Origin: a virus
Direction: 5' to 3' (one strand)
IMG/VR virus record: IMGVR_UViG_3300037155_000072
Span: 10,867 to 74,866 of that record
DNA length: 64,000 bases
Of this stretch, positions 55,674 to 64,000 are shown in pieces. The stretch's first letter is position 1. Each line of letters begins with the position of its first letter. The translations under genes were made by a program, and so were the position numbers. A model generated the notes under the pieces. It was not told where the DNA came from and ran no database searches. It saw only the letters and a list, made by a program, of their open reading frames with translations.

Positions 55674-57798
55674 CGCCAGTAGCAGCGCGCAATCCCCTTA
55701 TACGGGGGGAGTGTTCCCTTCGAACTACCTAGGGGCCGTTATTCAGACCCCCAATATTAACGCGGCCGGGACGCCCACGCAGAGAAGTATCCGCGATGCT
55801 GGTATGGCATCCGATATTGTCAAGACCATTATAATGGCTGGTCGGAATAGAAGTATTGTTAATAGCCGAATTCTTGCGAAATACAATGCGGAAAGGCCCT
55901 ACGACGCTTCGAAGTTAGAGGCGGAAGGGCTTGGTTGGCGCTCGAACTTTACCACGAAGCCTCTCCCGGCGATGATTGAGAAAGTTGCTCCGATTTTCGT
56001 CTCCGCAATCGACGGCCTGAAATATTTCACCAATGCGAAACTTTCAAACAAGTGGAACGCCTGCGCCGAAAAGACCGAGAAGTTCCGGACCGCGATTACG
56101 GACACAATTCGAAACCGAAAAGGCTGGCGCACCCTAATCGAGGACATCGCTTTCAACAATGCGATTTTCGGCCACTCCATAGTTGCGTGGCTTGACGAAT
56201 TTTCATGGTTCCCCAAGAATTTCCAGCAGGAGGAATCCTTCGCCGCCGATGGCACGAAGTCGGACCCGCGATGGGCGCAGATTCTGGTTCTGAAGGAAAC
56301 TTATCTTCCTCATGAGATGTTCTCATATATAAAAGACAAGGAAGCATCCAAGGTGGCTGGGTGGAACATAGAGAACACAATTACCGCGATTAATCGCGCG
56401 TCGCCACAACAGATTAGAGACCGTTTAAACATTGGAGGCACCCTTGAAACTTGGTATCAGCATGCCCTTCGTGAACTTACGATTGGAGCTTCATACATGG
56501 CCGGGAACAGTGTCATTGTGGTTTACACACTTCTCGCGCGCGAGGTTACCGGAAAAGTATCGCATTACAGGCTGGCAGGCCCCGAAATGTTGGAAATTTT
56601 CTCTCGGGACGATAGGTTCGATTCAATGGAGGACGCGGTCGCTTTCTACAGCTTCCAAAAAGGAAACGGAACTCTCCACGGTAGCAAGGGCATCGGCCGT
56701 GATATTTACGAGCTCGCGGGAATGATTGACCGGACCCGCAACGAGGTAGTTGACCGTCTTATAATGAGCGGCAAAACTTTGGTGCAGGGGGACGTAAAGC
56801 GGCTGCACACTTTCAAGATGTCAGTGGTCGGGAGCATGATAATGATTCCGAACAACTGGCAAGTTCTGGAACATAAGATTGACGGAAACGTGGACGGCTT
56901 CCTAAAGCTCGACGTGTATTTTCAACAGCTTGTGGACCAACTCATCGGCTCCGTATCTCCCCCGGCCACGGACGCGGGCGAAGGAATGCGCTCCCCGGCG
57001 GCCTGGAACCTTCTAGCGCAGCGCCAGGAGCAGGGCCAGGACGTGCGCATCAGTCGTTTTCTGGAGCAAGTAACGCAGATGTTCCAGACCATGCAAAAGC
57101 GTCTGTGTGATAAGAACACGGGCGACAAAGACGCGAAGGCAATGCAGGCCGGTCTACTGGAGGAGATGACCCAGGAGGAGCTCGATGAGCTTGCTAAATT
57201 CCCGGTGGCGACAACGATTAAGGACCTCACTCCGCTAGAGCGGCAAATGATTGTTGCTCTCGCGCAGGAGAAGAAGGGGAACCCGCTTTACAACCAGCGC
57301 CAGCTTGAAGTTGAAGACCTCACGTCTCGCGTTGATTCTGATTTTTCGAAGCGCGTTCTACTCCCCGAGGCCGACCCGACCGAACACGCGGAGCAATCCC
57401 GCATGCAGAATTTGGAAATGACTTTGCTCAGCCATGGGCAAGCGGTGGAAGTTTCCCCGCGGGACAATCACCAGATTCATTTGAGTATCCTAATGCCCGC
57501 CGCCGAACAGATTGGCGGACAGATGGCCCAGGGCCAGTTCGACAGCTCCGTCCTCGAAGCCGTGGTTGCTCACATAAACGAGCACTACAACCAAGCGATT
57601 GCGGCCGGAGTTAAGAAGGACACGCTGACCGAAGTTGCCGATTTTCTCAAGAAGGCCGTCAAAGCAATTCAAGAGCTCAAACAGCACGAGCAGCAGATGG
57701 CACAGCTCCAACAGCAGCACGCCCAGATTACCCAAGACATGCCGCCAGGGACCGCGCCGCCGCCTCCGCAAGCAATGCCTCCAACGCCCGAACAGTAA
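55666..57798 (+). CDS. Portal protein
   Basis: ~710 aa after terminase; DNHQIH motif and Gln/Pro tail typical of P22-like portals. Confidence 0.75.
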   Translation: MPDASSSAQSPYTGGVFPSNYLGAVIQTPNINAAGTPTQRSIRDAGMASDIVKTIIMAGRNRSIVNSRILAKYNAERPYDASKLEAEGLGWRSNFTTKPLPAMIEKVAPIFVSAIDGLKYFTNAKLSNKWNACAEKTEKFRTAITDTIRNRKGWRTLIEDIAFNNAIFGHSIVAWLDEFSWFPKNFQQEESFAADGTKSDPRWAQILVLKETYLPHEMFSYIKDKEASKVAGWNIENTITAINRASPQQIRDRLNIGGTLETWYQHALRELTIGASYMAGNSVIVVYTLLAREVTGKVSHYRLAGPEMLEIFSRDDRFDSMEDAVAFYSFQKGNGTLHGSKGIGRDIYELAGMIDRTRNEVVDRLIMSGKTLVQGDVKRLHTFKMSVVGSMIMIPNNWQVLEHKIDGNVDGFLKLDVYFQQLVDQLIGSVSPPATDAGEGMRSPAAWNLLAQRQEQGQDVRISRFLEQVTQMFQTMQKRLCDKNTGDKDAKAMQAGLLEEMTQEELDELAKFPVATTIKDLTPLERQMIVALAQEKKGNPLYNQRQLEVEDLTSRVDSDFSKRVLLPEADPTEHAEQSRMQNLEMTLLSHGQAVEVSPRDNHQIHLSILMPAAEQIGGQMAQGQFDSSVLEAVVAHINEHYNQAIAAGVKKDTLTEVADFLKKAVKAIQELKQHEQQMAQLQQQHAQITQDMPPGTAPPPPQAMPPTPEQ

Positions 57799-57823
57799 AC
57801 GAACCCCTCACCCAAACCGAGCA

Positions 57824-58174
57824 ATGCCTATAGAAATTGTAGCTAATTCGTCCGACTGGCTTCCTATTGACCAGGAGCGATGGTCCGCCTTTCTGGAAAC
57901 TGAAACCGGAAAGCGCCTTCTCCCCACCCTCGCCGAGTCTGCCCCGCAGTTAGAAGCCTCCGGGGACGTAAACAAAATCCTCATCCGCTCCGGCGAGGTG
58001 CGGGGTTTTCAAATGATACTTCGCGAGCTAGTGATGATGGCGCACCCATCCGCGAAAACTGTCGAGAGGATTTCTACAGAGTATCCTTCTCTCGATGACG
58101 ATGCCAAGTGGGAAGATGGTCAGACACTGTCCCCTACCCCAACCCCAACCCCAACCGCCTCAATCCCTGAATAA
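57824..58174 (+). CDS. Small post-portal protein (Bbp19-like)
   Basis: FLETETGKRLL..L...GEVRG; position. Confidence 0.55.
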   Translation: MPIEIVANSSDWLPIDQERWSAFLETETGKRLLPTLAESAPQLEASGDVNKILIRSGEVRGFQMILRELVMMAHPSAKTVERISTEYPSLDDDAKWEDGQTLSPTPTPTPTASIPE

Positions 58175-58177
58175 TTT

Positions 58178-59524
58178 ATGGCCGAAACACTCACCAACCC
58201 GAAGGCGGCTGCGATGCCGATGAACGCGAATGCAAACAACGACGACGTAGCCCGCAAGCTGGCCGCTCAGGACCTAGCTGGACGCTCTATGACTCCCGAC
58301 CGGGAGGGTATGGCGACCTCCGGGGATGCCATGGACGCGCTTGCCAAGCAATATGACGAGGAACATCCGGGAGTTGTAGTCGAGGCCCCCGTGGTTACGG
58401 CCGAGGAAACACCCGCGCAAAAAGCCGCCGCGGAGAAGGCTACCGCCGACGCGAAGACGGCCGCGGACGCACGCACCCAGGAGGTAAAGAAAGCCGACGA
58501 CCTTTTCAAGGACGTGCCGCCGCTGCCGCCAAACGCCAGCACGAAATCAGTCGAATCATTTACCGGCGTGAAGCTCCGGGCTGCGCAGGAAATTGCCCGG
58601 CTCGAAGGTGAACTGGCGAAGAGCCAAAAGCAGAGCCAGGAGTTTGAGCAGAAAACCAAGACAGCCCCACCGGAACTTGAGGCGGCGAACAAAGAGCTTG
58701 CGGAGCTGCGCGCTTGGAGGGCCAAGCTCGACGTGGACGCCGACCCGAAGTTCAAAGACTTCGACGCCAGGGTTGAAACGAGCCGCCAGAACATCTACGA
58801 CCTGTTGAAAGAGTCCTCGCTCGTCACCGATAAGGTGATTGAGCAAATCAAAGGTTTCGGCGGCCCCGACAAGTCGGACCTCTCGAAGCTTTTCGAGGCT
58901 ATGAAAGACCCCACCCTCCAGCGGATGGTGGAGACGAAAGTTCTAGACATTAAAATGGCGAACAGTGAGAAGACGCGCGCTATTGCGGCCGCGAAGGGGA
59001 ATGTTGAGCAGTGGATGAGGGACCAGCAACAGGCCAAAACCACTGAAGCAACCAACCGCGTCGAGAACACCAAGAAGGAATTGGATTCGTTTTTGGGTAG
59101 CTTAGAGTGGTTTAAGTCAGACCGCGTTCCGGACGCCAAGGCTACGGATGCCGAGAAAGCTATTATTACAGCCGATAATGCGCTAACTAAACAGCTTCGT
59201 GAGGAGTTGACGGCGGCCGTAGGGGATGATTCCCCTCGCACCAAGGCAATCTTATTGACCGGCCTCGTTCAGCTTACCCGGTTGCAACGTGTCCACGAGG
59301 GAGCTCTCGCGGCACTCGCGGCCAAGGATAAAGAGTTGACGGAGACGAAAACGTTCCTGGACAAAGTGAAGGCATCCAGCACGAGCCGCCTCCGCGAGTC
59401 CGGCGCTCCGGTGGATGGAAAACTCCCGACCGTGAAGCAGGATATTTTCAACACGCCCGCGACCTCCGCGCTCGACGCGCTGGCGGCGCAAATCACAGCG
59501 ACCCGGCAAGCCCAGGGAAAATGA
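58178..59524 (+). CDS. Probable capsid scaffolding protein
   Basis: Charged coiled-coil protein after portal. Confidence 0.6.
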   Translation: MAETLTNPKAAAMPMNANANNDDVARKLAAQDLAGRSMTPDREGMATSGDAMDALAKQYDEEHPGVVVEAPVVTAEETPAQKAAAEKATADAKTAADARTQEVKKADDLFKDVPPLPPNASTKSVESFTGVKLRAAQEIARLEGELAKSQKQSQEFEQKTKTAPPELEAANKELAELRAWRAKLDVDADPKFKDFDARVETSRQNIYDLLKESSLVTDKVIEQIKGFGGPDKSDLSKLFEAMKDPTLQRMVETKVLDIKMANSEKTRAIAAAKGNVEQWMRDQQQAKTTEATNRVENTKKELDSFLGSLEWFKSDRVPDAKATDAEKAIITADNALTKQLREELTAAVGDDSPRTKAILLTGLVQLTRLQRVHEGALAALAAKDKELTETKTFLDKVKASSTSRLRESGAPVDGKLPTVKQDIFNTPATSALDALAAQITATRQAQGK

Positions 59525-59597
59525 ATTCTCCCGGCATAGACGACCTAACGATTTCCACCGAACGGGCTTTAGACCGATTGTGGTATAGAAGGAGCCG

Positions 59598-60443
59598 ATG
59601 ACACCCGTTGCTATACCAGCCGCCAGCGTCGTGACCTACGGGTCAAAAGTTCTCATTGCATTGCCCTGGCAGAAGTCAGTCTCGCCGATTACAGCCACGT
59701 GCGTTTCGCAGTTGATTGACCGCCGCCGATGCGCCTCGTCACTTCATTTCGGAGACGCCTTCGTCGCCCACACCCGCAACTCAATCGCGGACACTTTTCT
59801 GGCGTCAAAGTGCGAGTGGATGTTGACAATAGACGACGACATGGTTGTTCCTTTCGGAGACGCGAAGTGGTTTCAGTTTTACTCGGGGTTCAACTTCCCC
59901 GACCGGTTCAAGGGTTTGAACGCGATTGACCGCCTGATGAGCCACGGAAAGTCCTTAGTAGGCGCGCTCTATTTCGGTCGCTCACCCGGGGCGTTCCCAG
60001 TCTATAACGAGGGGCCAGCGGAAGCTGAATATGCCCGCCAGGGGCCGCACGATACTTGCAAGCCGACTCGCTGGGTGGGCACGGGATGCATGCTAATCCA
60101 TCGCACTGTTTTTGAGTCTATTGAAAAGAAATTCCCCCGCCTCTCGCGCGTAGTCAACAATGGACATGGCCAATACTTCACCAGCACTGAGGCGAGCCTA
60201 CTCGACTCCGTAGTAAAGGTGAGGGACGGGCTACAGAAGAACGCATCGCCCTCCGGAGCGTTCGAGGCTTTGCGCGCCCTGGACCACGCAATCGCACTCT
60301 CCACTTCCGAGAATTTTCTCGGTGCTGGTGAGGACGTTTCTCTGTGCTTAAGGGCGGCCGCGAGCGGGCACCAACCCCACATTGATATGGGACTTATTTG
60401 CGGGCATCTTGGCACCCATTGCTTCGGACCGAAAAGCTTATGA
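59598..60443 (+). CDS. GT-A (GT2-like) glycosyltransferase
   Basis: RN...FL....WMLTIDDDM; GTGCMLIHR.VFE; GEDV.LC. Confidence 0.8.
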   Translation: MTPVAIPAASVVTYGSKVLIALPWQKSVSPITATCVSQLIDRRRCASSLHFGDAFVAHTRNSIADTFLASKCEWMLTIDDDMVVPFGDAKWFQFYSGFNFPDRFKGLNAIDRLMSHGKSLVGALYFGRSPGAFPVYNEGPAEAEYARQGPHDTCKPTRWVGTGCMLIHRTVFESIEKKFPRLSRVVNNGHGQYFTSTEASLLDSVVKVRDGLQKNASPSGAFEALRALDHAIALSTSENFLGAGEDVSLCLRAAASGHQPHIDMGLICGHLGTHCFGPKSL

Positions 60444-60535
60444 AAACTATTCCATTGACTCAAGGCCAGGTTGCGCTAGCTTATGACACTGCCGCCAAAA
60501 AGTATTTTGGTGAATTTGCCCTACTTAATTTTTAA
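60440..60535 (+). pseudogene. 31-aa in-frame-deleted HNH-AP2 relic
   Basis: MKTIPLTQGQVAL + AYDTAAKKYFGEFALLNF: first and last segments of the HNH-AP2 paralogs. Confidence 0.8.
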
Positions 60536-60540
60536 TACCT

Positions 60541-61290
60541 ATGGCCCTACACCACTCCAACAAGATTTTAATTGCCTTACAATATTGGTCGGGAGATAGA
60601 ACCCGAGCTCTAAAGCTGGCAAAGTATCTCGCAGACCTGGAGCCCGCTCACTCAGACCTTGCGGACATCGTTCTAGTGAATCGCTTCGATTGTCCGCAGG
60701 ACTCTCCCGCTACGCTGGCCGCCCTTTCTCGGAAATTTAATGTCTACTCCTATAAGAGTCCACAGCGAGGAGTCGGCTGGCCTGATGGATGCAACGGGCT
60801 TTGGTTCGGGACCGTAGAGTGGGCTTATACAATGATGGCAGATAAGAAGATTCCGCACTACAAAGCGATTTTCACTTGCGAGGCCGACGGTGCGCCAGTT
60901 CACCAGGATTGGATTGCGAGAATGTCCACGGCTTGGGATGTATCGCAGCAAGGCGCGTCCCGAGTCTACATGGCCGGTGCCCTGGTAAGCTATCCAGGAG
61001 TCTACGAGCATATAAACGGGAACTGCTTAGTATCGGGGGATGGTCCGTTTCTTCACTGGGTGACCCGAGTCGTGGCCGGTATGCGCGCTGGTGTTGGGTG
61101 GGATTATGGGCTTCGGGATGAGTTTCGACGGTGGGGATGGGCGAACGTCCCGGGGATTATCAGCGCCTACAACACCCCTCACTTCACCCCCGAACAGTTC
61201 GCGCACTTTCGAGCGCAAGAGTTGATTTGGATTCACGGTGGAAAAGACGAGTCTCTCATTCAATATGGCCGGGAGTTCTTCAAAGTATGA
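60541..61290 (+). CDS. Putative GT-A glycosyltransferase
   Basis: FTCEAD (ExD), HINGN, GWD, HG.K; context. Confidence 0.55.
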   Translation: MALHHSNKILIALQYWSGDRTRALKLAKYLADLEPAHSDLADIVLVNRFDCPQDSPATLAALSRKFNVYSYKSPQRGVGWPDGCNGLWFGTVEWAYTMMADKKIPHYKAIFTCEADGAPVHQDWIARMSTAWDVSQQGASRVYMAGALVSYPGVYEHINGNCLVSGDGPFLHWVTRVVAGMRAGVGWDYGLRDEFRRWGWANVPGIISAYNTPHFTPEQFAHFRAQELIWIHGGKDESLIQYGREFFKV

Positions 61291-62198
61291 AAACCAACGA
61301 CTCCATTTTGGTGACGGGCGCGCGGGGGCTTGTCGGCAGCGCGATTGTTAGGCTGCTTAAGAAGAAGGGATTTACGAATGTCTGGGACCCGTCCCGGAAG
61401 GACGCAGATTTTGAAAGCCAGGAGGCAACCGACTTCTACTTCAGCGAGTGCAAGCCAGAGTATGTTTTTCACTGCGCTGCGAAGGTTGGGGGTATTGCGG
61501 ACAACATACGAGAGCCTGCGACTTTTTTGACGGCAAACCTAACCATCCAAACCAACGTGATTTGCGCGGCGAACAGGTTTGACGTTAGTAAACTTCTGTT
61601 TCTATCGAGCGCCGCGTGCTACCCCGATACCGGGAGCGCCATTCTATCCCCCCAGGACATCATGCGCGGCCCGCTGGATGAAACGAAATCCGGATACGCG
61701 ATGGCGAAGCTTTGCGGCATGCAGTTGTGCAAGGAATTCCGGAAGCAATTCAAGTCCGACTTTATCTCTGTCATTCCGAACAACGTCTACGGCCCAGGGG
61801 ATAAAAGTTCCCACGTTATACCGGATTTGATTCGCCGGTTTTACCAAGGCCGAATTACGCGCTCCGCAGTGACGTGCTGGGGCACCGGAAGTCAGCGCCG
61901 TGAATTTATCTTTGCTGATGACTTGGCCGACGCCTGCATTTTCCTGATGGAAAATTACAGTGGCCCGGACCCAGTGAACATAGGCGCGAACAGGGATTGG
62001 GACATGATGGCCCTCGCGTTGCTTGTGGCTAGCGTCACGGAATATACCGGACCAATCTATTGGGATGTCTCAAAGCCAGAGGGCGCGAAGCAGAGGCTGC
62101 TGAACTGTGCGGTCATGAATGAATTCGGATGGCTGCCAAAGACGTGCCTTCTCGACGGGCTGACCCGGACGTTTAAACATTTTCTTACCACGATATGA
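61287..62198 (+). CDS. fcl: GDP-L-fucose synthase
   Basis: GARGLVGSAI, AAKVGGI, YAMAK, PNNVYGPGD, SHVIP, WGTGS.RREF. Confidence 0.93.
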   Translation: MKTNDSILVTGARGLVGSAIVRLLKKKGFTNVWDPSRKDADFESQEATDFYFSECKPEYVFHCAAKVGGIADNIREPATFLTANLTIQTNVICAANRFDVSKLLFLSSAACYPDTGSAILSPQDIMRGPLDETKSGYAMAKLCGMQLCKEFRKQFKSDFISVIPNNVYGPGDKSSHVIPDLIRRFYQGRITRSAVTCWGTGSQRREFIFADDLADACIFLMENYSGPDPVNIGANRDWDMMALALLVASVTEYTGPIYWDVSKPEGAKQRLLNCAVMNEFGWLPKTCLLDGLTRTFKHFLTTI

Positions 62199-62237
62199 GA
62201 AGTTGCCGGGAATAGAATATCTTCAAAAGACAAACAC

Positions 62238-63206
62238 ATGTCAAAAGTAGCTCTTATAACAGGTATAACAGGTATGGACGGGTCTCATCTTGCCGAGAGC
62301 CTACTGGCCGAGGGCGTCGAAGTTCACGGAGTGATGCGCCGCGCCAGCACGTTCACGACCGTTAGGATAGACCACATATTTGACCGACTCCACATTCACT
62401 ATGGAGACCTGGGGGAGAGCGGCGCTCTCCACAGAATTCTCGAACGCGTGCAACCTGATGAAGTCTTTAATTTGGCGGCCCTCAGCCACGTGAAGGTCTC
62501 TTTTGAAGTTCCGGAGTATACGGCGGACATTACGGGGGTGGGGGCGCTACGACTCTTTGAAGCTATCCGGGAGGTCGGGCTGCTTTCTCGGGTTTACCAA
62601 GCGTCTTCTAGTGAGATTTTTGGGTCCTCTCCTCCCCCTCAAAATGAGTTAACACCTTTTCACCCGAGAAGTCCTTATGGGTGCTCAAAGCTGTTTGCTT
62701 ATTGGACTGCTGTGAATTATAGAGAGGCTTACGGTATGCACGTCAGTAATGGGATTTTGTTCAACCATGAAGGCCCCCGGCGGGGTCTTACGTTCGTGAC
62801 GCGAAAGATTACTCAAGCAGTTGCCCGAATAGTGAGACACCAGCAAACTGAGCTACTGCTCGGGAACCTGGATGCGAAGCGGGATTGGGGATTCGCGGGG
62901 GACTATGTGGAAGCGATGAAGCTTGTGGTCCGAATGGAGAAACCAGACGACTACGTGATTGCCACCGGGATGGCGCACACGGTCCGAGAGTTTTGTGACC
63001 TCGCCTTCTCTTATGTTGGATTGAAGTGGCAGGATTACGTGAAGGTTGACCCGAAATATTTTCGTCCGGCCGAGGTGGATTTTCTCCTGGGAGATGCCTC
63101 AAAGGCAAAAAAGATTTTGGGATGGACCCCGACCGTCACATTTCCAGAGTTGGTCCGAATGATGGTTGACCACGACCTTGACGCCCCGCACCTCTCTCCA
63201 GTATGA
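62238..63206 (+). CDS. gmd: GDP-mannose 4,6-dehydratase
   Basis: [58 protein letters not shown]. Confidence 0.97.
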   Translation: MSKVALITGITGMDGSHLAESLLAEGVEVHGVMRRASTFTTVRIDHIFDRLHIHYGDLGESGALHRILERVQPDEVFNLAALSHVKVSFEVPEYTADITGVGALRLFEAIREVGLLSRVYQASSSEIFGSSPPPQNELTPFHPRSPYGCSKLFAYWTAVNYREAYGMHVSNGILFNHEGPRRGLTFVTRKITQAVARIVRHQQTELLLGNLDAKRDWGFAGDYVEAMKLVVRMEKPDDYVIATGMAHTVREFCDLAFSYVGLKWQDYVKVDPKYFRPAEVDFLLGDASKAKKILGWTPTVTFPELVRMMVDHDLDAPHLSPV

Positions 63207-63859
63207 ATGTTTATACGTATTACATGCCCGTGCCCGGGCTCTGGTCCGACGAGTCTCAGTTGAAGCTGATTGAGGTTTGGAAGCGTAGCTGGTCAAAAGC
63301 GGGATGGACGCCCCGGGTGCTCACCGAGGATGATGCCAAGAAACACCCCCGCTACGAGGAATTCAAAAAGAAGTTTTGGGAGTTGCCTACGGAGTATGGC
63401 CACGATTATGAGGGGGCCTGTTTCATGCGATGGGCGGCCGTTGCGAACGAAGGCGGCGGCATGATGACAGATTACGACGTGATTAACTACGGGTTCCCGC
63501 CGGTGTATCCTGACCCGACCCGGTTGTCGATTTTAGCGGACCCCTCGGTTCCCCCTTTTATGGGCGTCGCGCTCGGCCCTCAGAATTTGTTTGAGGGCAT
63601 GTGTCAGCTATTCTACACCTGGGAACCAGACGACCGGGACAAGCATCCGGACACGGGCCAACGCCACTGTTCAGACCTTTCGTTCCTCCTTCAGGTGTTC
63701 GACAAGAAGAATCGAGAGTGCCCCGAGTGGTTGAAAAATTCCAATGGCTGCACCGTTTTTCCAAAGATAACGGGGGCGCTTGTTCACTATGGATACCCCA
63801 TGAAGGCGGCCGGGCACTGGCCCAAGTGGGAAAATATAGAGGCCATTAGGCCCTTCTGA
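63203..63859 (+). CDS. DxD glycosyltransferase-like protein
   Basis: W..SW...GW.P; RW.A....GGMMTDYDV. Confidence 0.65.
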   Translation: MNVYTYYMPVPGLWSDESQLKLIEVWKRSWSKAGWTPRVLTEDDAKKHPRYEEFKKKFWELPTEYGHDYEGACFMRWAAVANEGGGMMTDYDVINYGFPPVYPDPTRLSILADPSVPPFMGVALGPQNLFEGMCQLFYTWEPDDRDKHPDTGQRHCSDLSFLLQVFDKKNRECPEWLKNSNGCTVFPKITGALVHYGYPMKAAGHWPKWENIEAIRPF

Positions 63860-63880
63860 CGGTAACCACTGGAGTAGACC

Positions 63881-64000
63881 ATGCAACTCTCAGGAAACAG
63901 CGGAACTCGCTCCGGCCAATTTTCAAAGTCGGCCCGGGTCATCCTCCCGATTACGACCGTCGCGTATGCCAGCGGACAAGTCATGGGCGGCCTGATTCTT
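63881..64000 (+). CDS. Partial, probable structural protein
   Basis: T..AY..G.V.GG; preceded by GTAACCACT. Confidence 0.4.
   Translation, partial: MQLSGNSGTRSGQFSKSARVILPITTVAYASGQVMGGLIL

Noticed and set aside
1-64000. Stop-codon reassignment
   Set aside because: Core genes are full length in the standard code; no CTA/TCA suppressor tRNA

Overview
This window is most of a tailed dsDNA phage genome with a podovirus-like layout; no major capsid gene falls inside it. (1) 1-15.75 kb, + strand: tail, GNAT and ejection-protein genes, ending in a 2327-aa modular 'polyvalent' protein. (2) 15.7-42.5 kb, - strand: replication, nucleotide and early genes (UvrD-like and SF2 helicases, PolA, primase-SF3 helicase, Cas4-like nuclease, RuvC-like, sigma factor, Rnl2-like RNA ligase, dATP/dGTP pyrophosphohydrolase-like). 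(3) A 68-bp inverted repeat at the strand switch, a probable origin. (4) 43-64 kb, + strand: probable terminase small subunit, a 1.4-kb non-coding RNA operon, a DUF3494 ice-binding protein, serine recombinase, collagen fibre, terminase, portal and scaffold, then a GDP-fucose (gmd/fcl) and glycosyltransferase block. The most unusual element is the RNA operon (45553-46963). It holds a tmRNA whose pk2-pk4 region appears replaced by a 51-codon tag ORF, four CCA-ended tRNA-like RNAs with altered anticodon arms (8-nt loop, 4-nt loop, 6-nt loop, 71-nt insertion), and several unassigned structured RNAs. Other points of note are two 'free anchor + anchor-cargo' paralog pairs, a SAM-lyase-like domain in the giant protein, a candidate phage-sigma promoter motif, and several in-frame-deleted homing endonuclease relics. 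All calls come from motif recognition by eye; no searches were run.
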